A stretch of 64,000 nucleotides of DNA from Candidatus Komeilibacteria bacterium CG11_big_fil_rev_8_21_14_0_20_36_20 (GTDB lineage: Bacteria; Patescibacteriota; Patescibacteriia; UBA1558; GWA2-36-10): contig PCWQ01000007.1 in assembly GCA_002787405.1 (NCBI GenBank), positions 102,250-166,249 of the forward strand. The letters run 5' to 3'. The notes under the pieces are model-generated. The model had not been told where the DNA came from. It saw only the letters and a program-made list of their open reading frames with translations, and ran no database searches. A program made the position numbers and the translations under genes. Below, piece after piece: positions 9,525-19,084 of this stretch (its first letter is position 1; every line of letters begins with the position of its first letter).

Positions 9525-10514
9525 CTAGTAGGTTAAAAAGTGCGGGCTCAACGGCTCGTCATTGTGCAATGAACTAATGCAAGTAGCAATAAATGAAGAC
9601 GGATCAATGACTTCAATTTTATCCGACCAGCCATTATTCCTATCATGCGGGATAGTGTCTACGACAATAACTCGATCAATTGCCGAATTATTAATACGAT
9701 CAAAAGCAGACGACTTATCACCTACAACCGGGGTAAAATCTGGATGCACCGCAAAACAGATTACTTGCTCGGCGCCTTTGTCTTTGACAATCTCAGCGGC
9801 AATAGTAAGAGTCGTAGATGATTGCAATAAATCATCAAAGAAACAAACAATCTTACCTTTGACATCGCCCAAGACCTGGCTCTTAGATATATCTACTGTT
9901 TTAGTTTGATGGTTAGTAATTTTCCGAACCAAACAAATATCAGAAATGCCGGTCAAGCTTGATACAGCATCCGCCCTCTTAGAAGACCCCACATCAGGGC
10001 TGCCAATCACTACCTGGCCGTCAATGTTCATTGCTTTAAAACGCTCGATTAGCAATCGCATTAAATAAACGTGATCGGTTGGTATGTCAAAAAAACCGGC
10101 CGTGGCTGAATTGTGTAGGTCAAATAACAAAACTCTGTTTAAACCGCATTGCGAAAGTCGCTTAGCAATAACTTTCAGACTACGACTTTCTCTTGGTATA
10201 GTTCTTCTGTCTTGTTTGGAGTATCCCAACCAAGGAATAACTCCTGTAATCCGGCCGGCCGAATCTCTCAAGCAATCAACTAAAAATTCTACCTCTTCAA
10301 TCATGCTGTGTGGACCACGAGAGTGCAGACTTTGTAAGACAAAAACATCATCTCCTCTCACATTCTCCTTAACTACGGTATGAATTTCCCCGTCCGGAAA
10401 TTTTCCAAGAGCCAAATCAATCAAAGGTATGCCTAAACTGCTGGCAATGCGATTAGATAAATCAGGATGGCTGGTTCCGCTAATCAGCTTTAAATTACCA
10501 TAAGTGCCTTTCAT
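9525..10514 (-). CDS. prs: Ribose-phosphate pyrophosphokinase
   Basis: The N-terminal Prs domain LISGTSHPDLSNRIASSLGIPL...FPDGEIHTVVKENVRGDDVF and the PRPP-binding region are present. Confidence 0.9.
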   Translation of the reverse strand: MKGTYGNLKLISGTSHPDLSNRIASSLGIPLIDLALGKFPDGEIHTVVKENVRGDDVFVLQSLHSRGPHSMIEEVEFLVDCLRDSAGRITGVIPWLGYSKQDRRTIPRESRSLKVIAKRLSQCGLNRVLLFDLHNSATAGFFDIPTDHVYLMRLLIERFKAMNIDGQVVIGSPDVGSSKRADAVSSLTGISDICLVRKITNHQTKTVDISKSQVLGDVKGKIVCFFDDLLQSSTTLTIAAEIVKDKGAEQVICFAVHPDFTPVVGDKSSAFDRINNSAIDRVIVVDTIPHDRNNGWSDKIEVIDPSSFIATCISSLHNDEPLSPHFLTY

Positions 10515-10585
10515 AATTCTCTCCCTTACTCTGAAGTTTTAATGTGCTTTTCTTATATCTTAATATTCTCAAAAAAATTGTCAAA

Positions 10586-10618
10586 TAAAAAACTCCCCCT
10601 GCATTTTTATGCGCAGGG
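10586..10618 (-). terminator. Intrinsic terminator of the M50 protease gene
   Basis: On the minus strand the stem CCCTGCGC...GCAGGG is followed by a U-tract. Confidence 0.5.
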
Positions 10619-10638
10619 AAGTGAGAATAAGAAATAAT

Positions 10639-11268
10639 CTACAAAAATAAATTTATAAATCGAATAAAAAAGTCAAAAATATGCCCAAAAATATTAAAAC
10701 CAAGCAAATTATCCATAATCAATAAAATCAATAATATCCAAGGCCCATTAATAGACAATCTCCTTTTAAAATCACTAAGGTGGTCTGGCAGCAGAGCAAA
10801 CAATACTTTGGAGCCATCCAGCGGCGGAATTGGTATTAAATTAAAAATACCTAAAATTAAATTAATCAAAATAAGCTGAGCTAAAAAAACAAAGAGTAAA
10901 TTGTCATAAGGTAGGATAGGATCTAAAAATCTAAAAATAATTATAAAAAAGAAAACACTAATAAAATTGGACAAGGGGCCAGCTAAGGAAACTGCCAACT
11001 CTCCAAAACGACGCCATTTGAGATTATAAACATTAACCGGCACTGGCCTACCCCAACCAAAACCAGCTAACAAAAGCATCAAGGTACCGAAAAATTCTAA
11101 ATGTGCCAAAGGGTTAAAAGTCAACCGGCCGCTATACTTAGCCGTATTATCTCCTAAATAAGTGGCTGCGGCGGCATGAGCAAACTCATGGATCGTCAGT
11201 GCATAAACAATGGCCAGAATGATGACCAAAAACATCTGAGGAGTTTGAAATAAAAGATTTAAAAGCAT
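10639..11268 (-). CDS. Site-2 protease family zinc metalloprotease (peptidase M50)
   Basis: Polytopic membrane protein with an HEFAH (HExxH) motif in a TM helix and NLIPIPPLDG (the LDG motif). Confidence 0.7.
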   Translation of the reverse strand: MLLNLLFQTPQMFLVIILAIVYALTIHEFAHAAAATYLGDNTAKYSGRLTFNPLAHLEFFGTLMLLLAGFGWGRPVPVNVYNLKWRRFGELAVSLAGPLSNFISVFFFIIIFRFLDPILPYDNLLFVFLAQLILINLILGIFNLIPIPPLDGSKVLFALLPDHLSDFKRRLSINGPWILLILLIMDNLLGFNIFGHIFDFFIRFINLFL

Positions 11269-11381
11269 ACTTTACAAAATTATTTTTTTATGCTAATATT
11301 ATGCAATGTTATATAAAATCATTATAACTTAATTAAACAAAAAAGCAACTACCCCCTACAAAATAATTAATCAAGAAAGAT

Positions 11382-11570
11382 ATGGCTAGAATATGCGATC
11401 TATGCAGACGAGGAGCAATAACTGGCAACCAGCGCAGTCATTCCAAGGTGGCTAGTAAAAGAATGATGAGCATCAACTTGCAAACTAAAAAACTGAACGG
11501 CAAGAAAATACTTGTCTGTACTTCTTGTATCAAAACTATCAATAAACTAAAAAAGAACCGAACAATATAA
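11382..11570 (+). CDS. rpmB: 50S ribosomal protein L28
   Basis: MARICDLCRRGAITGNQRSHSKVASKRMMSINLQ matches the L28 family. Confidence 0.85.
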   Translation: MARICDLCRRGAITGNQRSHSKVASKRMMSINLQTKKLNGKKILVCTSCIKTINKLKKNRTI

Positions 11571-11578
11571 AAATCAAA

Positions 11579-11610
11579 AAATCATCTCAGAATTCAAAAG
11601 ATGATTTTTT
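11579..11610 (+). terminator. rpmB intrinsic terminator
   Basis: Stem AAATCATCT/AGATGATTT followed by TTTTTT. Confidence 0.7.
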
Positions 11611-11975
11611 ATTTGCTTAAAAAACAAAAAGACGTTTTTACCGTATGAAACTAATAAAACGCCTTTTTGCTAGCCATCTCTGTGTACCATTCATTTTTAA
11701 TTAATAATTAAGACGACCGATAGCCCTTCTATTCAGACCGAAGCTAACCCCTGTGAAACAGGTGGGATTCCGCAAATTAAAACCACGGTTTTAATTAATA
11801 TAGAATTCCCTATACTACAATTTTATAGAATTGCTTATTGGCCCGAAAATAAAGAACTACATTTGTATTATAGCATACTGCCAAAGACGCGCAAATTAAT
11901 AATAGCCCTTCTTAGACATCTCCCCCTAAATTAGGGAGCGAAAAACTCGGCATATGCCGGGTTAGAAGGGGTGTT

Positions 11976-12554
11976 TTAATCAACAAAACGTTTATAATTA
12001 AAAATGACTTTTCTAGTGCCAAACCAGTGCTTAATCTCATGCTGGGCTTCTTCGGGTGTTTCTGAAGCATGGACTAGATTCATCACTGCTCTTTTTTCTG
12101 TATTGGCTACGGCCGGAGAATCAGCTGAATAATCACCGCGTAAAGTTCCCATATCAGCTAAAGAAGGTATAGTCACACCGCAGATTTTACGAACCATATC
12201 AACCGCATGAATGCCTTCGACCACCATGCGTACCAGAGGGGCAGAAGTCATATACTCAATCAGCCAACCACGCACCATGGTACCAATCTCCAAATCATTA
12301 TCAGTCCCCAACTCTTTTTTAGAATCAATATTATATTTTTTATAAGTGCCTAAAGTTTTCTGTCCTAGACGACTAATCCAAGCTTCATCTTTAGGATAAT
12401 GCTGATCAATATCTTCTTTAGATGGCTGAAACATTTCCAAGCCCACTACTTTCAAATCTCGCTGTTCAAAACGGCGAATAATTTCACCGATTAAGCCCTT
12501 CTTAACTCCATCCGGCTTAATCATAACAAAAGTTTTTTCGTTTTTAAAATTCAT
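11976..12554 (-). CDS. ndk: Nucleoside diphosphate kinase (extended form)
   Basis: FVMIKPDGVKKGLIGEIIRRFEQ and the active-site region NLVHASE...EIKHWF match Ndk. The protein is 192 aa. Confidence 0.8.
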   Translation of the reverse strand: MNFKNEKTFVMIKPDGVKKGLIGEIIRRFEQRDLKVVGLEMFQPSKEDIDQHYPKDEAWISRLGQKTLGTYKKYNIDSKKELGTDNDLEIGTMVRGWLIEYMTSAPLVRMVVEGIHAVDMVRKICGVTIPSLADMGTLRGDYSADSPAVANTEKRAVMNLVHASETPEEAQHEIKHWFGTRKVIFNYKRFVD

Positions 12555-12660
12555 ACAGTTTATCTATTATCTAAACCTATCCCCACCAAATAGCGGTGAG
12601 GAAAGACTGACGCTCAAACAAGCATCAATAATTAATCAAATAAATTATATTAAGAAAAAA

Positions 12661-13047
12661 TTATTTTAACTTAACAAGCTCTTCCTTTACCTTACTCACT
12701 ACCTCGGCTGGCGTAATATTGGCCTTGACTAAATAACCAACCGCCCCCAGTTCTTTACCTTTTTTGACGTCCTCTTCCTGGCCAAGATTTGTCAAAAGCA
12801 TTACCGGCACATCTTTAGTCTGAGGATCGTCTTTAAGAGCTTTTAAAACAGAAAAGCCGTCCATTTTAGGCATAATAATATCCAACAAAATAAAATCCGG
12901 CTTAATAGTCTTACTCAATTCCAATCCTTTGGCACCATCCAGGGCTTTGGTTAGTTCAAACCCTTCATTTTTGAACTTAATTTCATACATATTAGCCAAC
13001 ATTTCTTCGTCCTCAATAAGTAAAATCCTTAATTTATCTTTTGCCAT
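12661..13047 (-). CDS. Single-domain response regulator (CheY-like receiver)
   Basis: The receiver pattern ILLIEDEE...LLDIIMPKMDG...GAVGYLVK is present. There is no output domain and no adjacent kinase. Confidence 0.8.
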   Translation of the reverse strand: MAKDKLRILLIEDEEMLANMYEIKFKNEGFELTKALDGAKGLELSKTIKPDFILLDIIMPKMDGFSVLKALKDDPQTKDVPVMLLTNLGQEEDVKKGKELGAVGYLVKANITPAEVVSKVKEELVKLK

Positions 13048-13114
13048 ACGATACTTTATTTAATGATTTAATGTTTCTATTATATAATAAGAATTAGCAG
13101 AAATCAAGCTAAAA

Positions 13115-13942
13115 TTACCTGATCAGCCAATTCTGACCATCACTGATAATATTAATAGTCCCCCTAAACTGATTTTGCTCGATTTGACAGCCAATAGTAC
13201 GCAGACGATCTAAGGCCTCCTGATGAGGGTGACCAAATTTATTTCCCTGACCAGACTGAATTATACACAACTCAGGACTAACAGCCGCCAAAAAATCCTG
13301 ACCGGAAGAATATTGACTGCCATGATGGCCAACTTTAAAAATCTCTGATTCCAAAATAAATGGGCTCTGAAGTAGTTTTGATTCTTGAGTGCTGGGCAAA
13401 TCGCCCATGAACAAATAATCTATCCTCCCAAAACTTAATCTCATGACCAAAGAATTCTCATTATAATCTTCGTGATAACCATCAGCCAATAATACCTGCC
13501 AAGATAAATTATTATTTAAAATAAATTTTTCGCCTGGCTGAACAATAGTCTCTCTTAAATTGTGCGCCGTCAAAGCATCAATCCAAATTTGATAAAGAAA
13601 ATCATCTGTCGGCTGATGACCAGTAGTTAAAATATGCTCCACTTCATATTTATTTAATAATTCCATTAATCCCATAATATGATCGGCGTGATAATGAGAA
13701 ATAATCAGATAATCAATTTTTCTTTCCCACCAAGGAAGATTTTTAGCTATTTCTGATAATAATTTATTATCGGCACCGCCATCAATTAAAATATTTTGCC
13801 CAGTTGGTGCTTGAATTAAAATAGCATCGCCCTGACCAATATCTAAAAAACTAACCATTAAATTATTATTATTTTTATTTAAACTAAAAAATAAAATTAG
13901 TAACAATAAAATAACGCCAATAATTATTTTTAATTTATTCAT
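13115..13942 (-). CDS. comEC: ComEC/Rec2 metallo-beta-lactamase domain protein (C-terminal module encoded separately)
   Basis: MBL motifs FLDIGQGDAILI, ISHYHADHIMG and GHHGS, with its own N-terminal TM anchor. It overlaps the upstream ORF by 8 nt. Confidence 0.75.
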   Translation of the reverse strand: MNKLKIIIGVILLLLILFFSLNKNNNNLMVSFLDIGQGDAILIQAPTGQNILIDGGADNKLLSEIAKNLPWWERKIDYLIISHYHADHIMGLMELLNKYEVEHILTTGHQPTDDFLYQIWIDALTAHNLRETIVQPGEKFILNNNLSWQVLLADGYHEDYNENSLVMRLSFGRIDYLFMGDLPSTQESKLLQSPFILESEIFKVGHHGSQYSSGQDFLAAVSPELCIIQSGQGNKFGHPHQEALDRLRTIGCQIEQNQFRGTINIISDGQNWLIR

Positions 13943-15395
13943 ATTGATGTGGCTTTAAAATCATAGTAATAATTATCATTAAAAATAAACTCAAAAATAA
14001 ATAAGTTAAAGAAAAATTATTAATCTGCCAGTATGCTAAAGGCAGCTGCGATAATCTTTGGGCAATTTCAGTCATAATTTTTAATAGCATAAATAAAGAC
14101 CAAGCAATAATATTAGCTAACAAAGGCAGCCAGCCAAAAATAGCTAAAGCCAAACTTAACACTAAAATCAATGGCAAAAGCGGCAAAATCAAAAAATTAG
14201 CCACCGGAGCAATCAGAGAAAAAATATTAAAATGAAAAACAATCAAAGGCCAAGTAAATATTTGGGCTGATAAAGTAACTGCTAAAACCTCTCTGATTTT
14301 CCATTTGACTGGCGCTATTTTTAAAGTTTGGTTAAAAAATTTAACATAAAATAATAATCCTAAAACCGCTAAAAATGATAATTGAAAACCAATATCGTAA
14401 ATCAAAACATAAGGATTAAGCAAAATAAAAATATCTGCCGCCAAAAGCAAACTAAAAACCGAAGTGGTTTGTCGTCCTAAAAACGGTCCTAACAAAACCA
14501 TAATAACCATTAAACTGGCCCTGACTGCTGAACTGGGGAAACCAAGTAAATACAAATAAATTAACAAAATAATAATTAGAAAATAAAATATTATTTTCCG
14601 TGATAAGCCCAGAGCGCTTAAAACAGACTGCAACAGCCAGACAATTATAGCAATATGTAAACCCGAAATAGCAATCACATGACTTAAGCCAACTTTAGCA
14701 AAGATCTCCCGTAAATCAGCTGGTATTTCCCTACGGCTGGCCAAAATAATTGCCTTAGATAAAGAAGAAGCCGGCTCGACTAAATAATTATTTAAATTTT
14801 TTAAAAAATATTCTTTAGCTTTGAATAATCCCTGACCTTTATTTTCAATTAATTTTATTCTTGGTCGAAAACAAGTAGCCAAAATTCTATCTTTAGCTAA
14901 ATATTTATTATAAGCAAATTTGTTTCCCTGGTCATCAATAATCTCTTCTGGCTGATACACCTTACAGCTGATTTCTAAAAGATCACCGTGAGTATAGGTG
15001 GGATACAATGGCGCGTAAACAATAATCTGATTATTAAAATTTTCTAAATTTTCCGGCTGAACTACCAATTGCCAGCCATCTAACTTTTTATCAGTATCTT
15101 TAATCACGGCTTCAAAAGTATAAAATTCTCCATAAGCAAAATTATTAGCTGTCTTGACTTCTGGTTGAATAAAATAATAAAAACGAATAATAGCTAATAA
15201 AATAATTATTAACCATAAAAAATAACGACACTTTAATAATAAAAATGTCGCTAAAATTAAAACAGCTAAAATATAAACTATATTCTGGCTGATGATTAAA
15301 TCAAAATCTTCAATCTTAACAAAAACCAGTAAAACAAAATTTGCTAATATTAAAATAAGACTAACTGCTAAGAAGAATTTGCTCTTGGCCATCAA
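13935..15395 (-). CDS. comEC: ComEC/Rec2 competence membrane channel (DUF4131 + competence domain)
   Basis: 486-aa polytopic membrane protein with a ComEC-type N-terminal OB-like region and a competence domain, lying upstream of the MBL ORF. Confidence 0.7.
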   Translation of the reverse strand: MMAKSKFFLAVSLILILANFVLLVFVKIEDFDLIISQNIVYILAVLILATFLLLKCRYFLWLIIILLAIIRFYYFIQPEVKTANNFAYGEFYTFEAVIKDTDKKLDGWQLVVQPENLENFNNQIIVYAPLYPTYTHGDLLEISCKVYQPEEIIDDQGNKFAYNKYLAKDRILATCFRPRIKLIENKGQGLFKAKEYFLKNLNNYLVEPASSLSKAIILASRREIPADLREIFAKVGLSHVIAISGLHIAIIVWLLQSVLSALGLSRKIIFYFLIIILLIYLYLLGFPSSAVRASLMVIMVLLGPFLGRQTTSVFSLLLAADIFILLNPYVLIYDIGFQLSFLAVLGLLFYVKFFNQTLKIAPVKWKIREVLAVTLSAQIFTWPLIVFHFNIFSLIAPVANFLILPLLPLILVLSLALAIFGWLPLLANIIAWSLFMLLKIMTEIAQRLSQLPLAYWQINNFSLTYLFLSLFLMIIITMILKPHQYE

Positions 15396-15473
15396 AATCG
15401 CTTTATTATTTAATTGGAGTTATTTTAATATAAAAACCTTAGCTAAGTCAATCTACTATTAACAAAAATCAAA

Positions 15474-16931
15474 TTAATTACTCAAAATATTTGGATTTAA
15501 AGGCAAATAAGGAAGTAAATAACTATTGTGATATTGCTGGTTGTAAGACCAAATCAGATTATCGCTAGCTTCTGATTTATCATCCAATAAATAAATTTGC
15601 AAGCTGGCACTGGATTCCACCTGATCGGCCTTAATCAATAATTTAATATCAGTCCCCTCTGGACTAACCGATAAACCTAAGGGCCAGTTGGCAGTAATCT
15701 GACCTTCATTTATGATAAGATCAGTATGCTCAAACTGATTATTAGCCCAAATCTCTACTTCAGAAATTTCAACGCCGTAGCTATCCAGTCGCCAACTTAG
15801 TTTATTCAAACTTACGTTATCCTGACCACGAGCTTTGACCTTAAGATTGAAAAGTGTGTTCCAGCCAGACGATAGTGCTTTATTTGATTCGCCATTATCA
15901 AATTCAGGAAAATGGTCTCTAACCTCTATCCGACTCAAAAATAACTGTTCCGAAAATTCTATATCCTGACCGGAAGCAAAACCAAGCCCTTGGGCTTGAA
16001 TTAAATGAAAATCATAAACTCCAACCGGCAAATCAAAAGCGTAAACTTTTAAATTGATGCTCTTGTTGGCTGCCAGAACCACTGGTTTATCTAAAATAAA
16101 AACAATTTGCTGACTATCTGAATCTGGCTTGCTGATAGCCACCGTCTTACTATCATCGGATAAAGTAAAAATCTGGTCAGTTGATAAATTTTGATCCGAC
16201 TGATAACCAACCACTATTTGCCTAAGATCAATCATCTCGCCAGTGTTATTCAAAATAAACGAAGCTATCTGGTTGGCTTCCCGACTGGCTGCCAAGAAAT
16301 CTGTTTTTTTAAAATTATTATAGGCAGAAATACTGCCTTTTTCTATAAAAGAAATTAAACCTCCGGTCACTGGAAAATCTCCTTGAGCTGTAAACACATG
16401 ATCCTGATAAGACAAAAATACGGCCTGAGCATCTTCTAAACTAAACTGCAAAATATCACCAGCTGCTAAATATTGATTGGAAGCCAATAAAATACTAAAT
16501 TCATTTTGACCAACCGGTAATTTATAGCCCGCCGCATCAAAATAAATATAGCCCTGCTCATCAATATCAGCCATTTGTCCTAATTGCATCCCCTGATGAT
16601 ATAATTTTAAATCAGCTAAAATTGCCGGATCATACAAACCATTAACATATACTTTTATTTTATTAAGAACCAAGCCACTCTGGCTGGTTTGAATAACTAA
16701 ATTAAAAACCGCCAAGCGAGAGAAATCCACAACCACAATCTGATCGGTTGAATCAGCGATGACAATGGCCGCATTGTGCAAATCAACCGCTGCTTTACTG
16801 ACCGGCCCTTTACTCATACTCAAAGAGAAAACAAAAACCAAAATAGCAATAAATAAAAGAGTAAGATAAATTTTAAAATCCATCATATCTTTCTTTTGTT
16901 GATCTAATGGCGGACTTAAGTGCTCAAACAT
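15474..16931 (-). CDS. Membrane-anchored hypothetical protein (large extracytoplasmic beta-rich region)
   Basis: 485-aa ORF with a single N-terminal TM helix. I recognise no family. Confidence 0.5.
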   Translation of the reverse strand: MFEHLSPPLDQQKKDMMDFKIYLTLLFIAILVFVFSLSMSKGPVSKAAVDLHNAAIVIADSTDQIVVVDFSRLAVFNLVIQTSQSGLVLNKIKVYVNGLYDPAILADLKLYHQGMQLGQMADIDEQGYIYFDAAGYKLPVGQNEFSILLASNQYLAAGDILQFSLEDAQAVFLSYQDHVFTAQGDFPVTGGLISFIEKGSISAYNNFKKTDFLAASREANQIASFILNNTGEMIDLRQIVVGYQSDQNLSTDQIFTLSDDSKTVAISKPDSDSQQIVFILDKPVVLAANKSINLKVYAFDLPVGVYDFHLIQAQGLGFASGQDIEFSEQLFLSRIEVRDHFPEFDNGESNKALSSGWNTLFNLKVKARGQDNVSLNKLSWRLDSYGVEISEVEIWANNQFEHTDLIINEGQITANWPLGLSVSPEGTDIKLLIKADQVESSASLQIYLLDDKSEASDNLIWSYNQQYHNSYLLPYLPLNPNILSN

Positions 16932-16970
16932 ATTTCTATTATACTATAAAAAAAAATAAAAATAAATATC

Positions 16971-18059
16971 TTAATTCTTAGTTGCACCTTCTTTTAATTT
17001 TGCCTGAATAAAATCTATAATTCCTCCATCTAAAACCCGCTGAGGATTATCTGATTCATAATTTGTGCGATGGTCTTTAACCATCTTATAAGGATGTAAA
17101 ACATAAGAACGTATCTGATTACCCCAAGCCGCTTCCGTATATTCACCCTTGAGGGCTTTTTTTTCATCATCTTGTTCAACTTCGTGATATCTCTGCAATT
17201 TGCTCTTTAGATATGCTAAGGCCTGTTTTTTATTTTGCAATTGAGATCTCTCGTTTTGACAAACAGCCGTTAACCCCGTTGGCAAATGAGTAAGTCGCAC
17301 TGCAGAATCAGTAGTATTGACTGATTGACCGCCGTGACCCGATGCCCGAAAAGTGTCAACTTTCAACTCACCTTCTTTAATATCTATCCCCGTCTCCGTC
17401 AATTCCGGCAAGACTTCCACCATAGCAAAAGATGTATGCCGCGCCTGATCAGCGTCAAACGGGGAAAGCCGCACTAAACGATGGACACCTTTCTCATTTT
17501 TCAAATAACCATAAACTTGCGGACCACTAACCTTAAAAGTGGCACTTTTAATTCCTGCTTCTGCTCCAGGCGATCTGGACAAATATTTAACTGTCCAATT
17601 ATTTTGTTCAGCAAAACGAAGATACATCCGCTCCAGCATTTGAGCCCAATCCTGAGCATCATCACCGCCAGCCCCGGCTTTAATAGTTACAATTGCCGGC
17701 AGATGATCATATTTATCTTTAAAAAGCAATTGCTCCGATAATTTTTCAAAAATATTTTTAATATTCTCAAAATCCTGATTTAAATCTCCTAACAATTCCT
17801 CCGCTTGCGGATCCTGGGATAAATTATCTAAATTTTTAATCTGCTCTTCAAGATTTCTCCAATTATTAATATCCTGTTCTAGCTGACTGGCTACTGTGCT
17901 AACAGCCTTGGCTTGATCCTGATTATGCCAAAAATCAGCCACTGACATTTGCTGGCTTAAATCTTCTAATTTTTTTTCCTTACCAATTATTTTAAGGTCT
18001 AAAATGGATTGATTAATCTGAAAAACTAAATCTTTAATTTTAACGCGTAACTCTTCCAC
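16971..18059 (-). CDS. prfB: Peptide chain release factor 2
   Basis: The SPF tripeptide (RF2 specificity) and GGQ motif (SGHGGQSVNTTDSAVR) are present. The ORF is contiguous with no +1 frameshift site. Confidence 0.9.
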   Translation of the reverse strand: MEELRVKIKDLVFQINQSILDLKIIGKEKKLEDLSQQMSVADFWHNQDQAKAVSTVASQLEQDINNWRNLEEQIKNLDNLSQDPQAEELLGDLNQDFENIKNIFEKLSEQLLFKDKYDHLPAIVTIKAGAGGDDAQDWAQMLERMYLRFAEQNNWTVKYLSRSPGAEAGIKSATFKVSGPQVYGYLKNEKGVHRLVRLSPFDADQARHTSFAMVEVLPELTETGIDIKEGELKVDTFRASGHGGQSVNTTDSAVRLTHLPTGLTAVCQNERSQLQNKKQALAYLKSKLQRYHEVEQDDEKKALKGEYTEAAWGNQIRSYVLHPYKMVKDHRTNYESDNPQRVLDGGIIDFIQAKLKEGATKN

Positions 18060-18096
18060 TTAGATAAGCTTAATTATTATAATCTTTATATAAAAA

Positions 18097-18432
18097 TTAA
18101 TTATTACAATATTGTTGAATCAACGCTCGCAATTCATCGCTGTTTAAAGTGTCTACGGCCCGTGATGGTTCATTTAGCAAATCACTACCAAAGCTATCTG
18201 AGGAAAATTTAAATAAATTTAACAATGGGCCTAAATTATCAAAATATTCTCTCACAAACGGTAGTAAATAAATAATACCCACAATGATTGGTCCGGCGAT
18301 TAAAACTATCTTCAGAATGTTGCCAATTGTACTCCACAGCATCTTACGCTGTATTTTAGAGACTTTTTCTTCTAAACTTTCTAAAATCTTCTGATTTTTT
18401 AAAACTAATTGTTTTAACTCTTCATCCAGCAT
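18097..18432 (-). CDS. Small membrane hypothetical protein
   Basis: 111 aa: N-terminal coiled-coil-like segment plus one TM. Confidence 0.45.
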   Translation of the reverse strand: MLDEELKQLVLKNQKILESLEEKVSKIQRKMLWSTIGNILKIVLIAGPIIVGIIYLLPFVREYFDNLGPLLNLFKFSSDSFGSDLLNEPSRAVDTLNSDELRALIQQYCNN

Positions 18433-18500
18433 ATCTTTATAATAAATTAATTATAGAAAATCATTTCAATTATAGCAAAAAAAGAGTGATTAGGAAATCA

Positions 18501-19079
18501 CTACTTTTTTAACTTATGCCACAGTTTCAGCCAAAACGGACGATGATAAAAGATAAAATTAGTTCCTAGCCAGCCCTTTTTCTTCCTTCTTAATTTAAAT
18601 AAGGAAAATATGACCTGAATCATTAAAGCTATGATCAATAATCCACCAAAAACAATCAAAAATACCGCCGCGCCCGACCAACGCCAATATGATTTAGTAA
18701 TATTAACGGTCACTGGAATTTTAAAACCAGAAGCGGCATTAAAGCTTTTTTTATTCAAAGCTCTGGTTACCACCGAAAGATAAGTATTTTCCACTCCTGT
18801 CGGCCAACCATTAAAATCAATCCTCAATTTTATCTTTGTTGCTTCCTCCGGCAATAATTTAACTTCTGATGGCTCTGTTTTTATATTCTCTTGAAAATGA
18901 TCCAGCTCAATTTGAACCATGACTGGTTCGGCAGAAATATTAGTCACTGTCAAATACGATTCTCTAATATCTGGAAATAAAACATCTAAAGACGAAGGAG
19001 AAACCGATACGCCAACGGCTAAACTGCCCAGAGGCCAAAATAATCCTAAAAATATTAAAATTCTAAATAATATCCTCAT
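18501..19079 (-). CDS. Secreted/C-terminally anchored hypothetical protein (PapD/DUF916-like pattern)
   Basis: Signal peptide, then VSVSPSSLDVLFPD...LTVTNISAEPVMVQIEL, then a C-terminal TM followed by RRKKK. Confidence 0.5.
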   Translation of the reverse strand: MRILFRILIFLGLFWPLGSLAVGVSVSPSSLDVLFPDIRESYLTVTNISAEPVMVQIELDHFQENIKTEPSEVKLLPEEATKIKLRIDFNGWPTGVENTYLSVVTRALNKKSFNAASGFKIPVTVNITKSYWRWSGAAVFLIVFGGLLIIALMIQVIFSLFKLRRKKKGWLGTNFIFYHRPFWLKLWHKLKK

Positions 19080-19084
19080 AAAAA

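Noticed and set aside
523-10383. Numerous + strand ORFs of 60-170 aa lying inside the minus-strand core genes (e.g. 523-720, 953-1258, 3254-3688, 7014-7331, 9562-9909, 10084-10383), and likewise within the giant gene
   Set aside because: These are shadow ORFs antisense to well-supported conserved genes. They have low-complexity translations and no RBS support.
16971-18059. Absence of the programmed +1 frameshift in prfB as a possible anomaly
   Set aside because: The SPF motif confirms RF2, and many lineages lack the autoregulatory frameshift. A contiguous ORF is not unusual. It mainly confirms that UGA is a stop here (standard code, not code 25).
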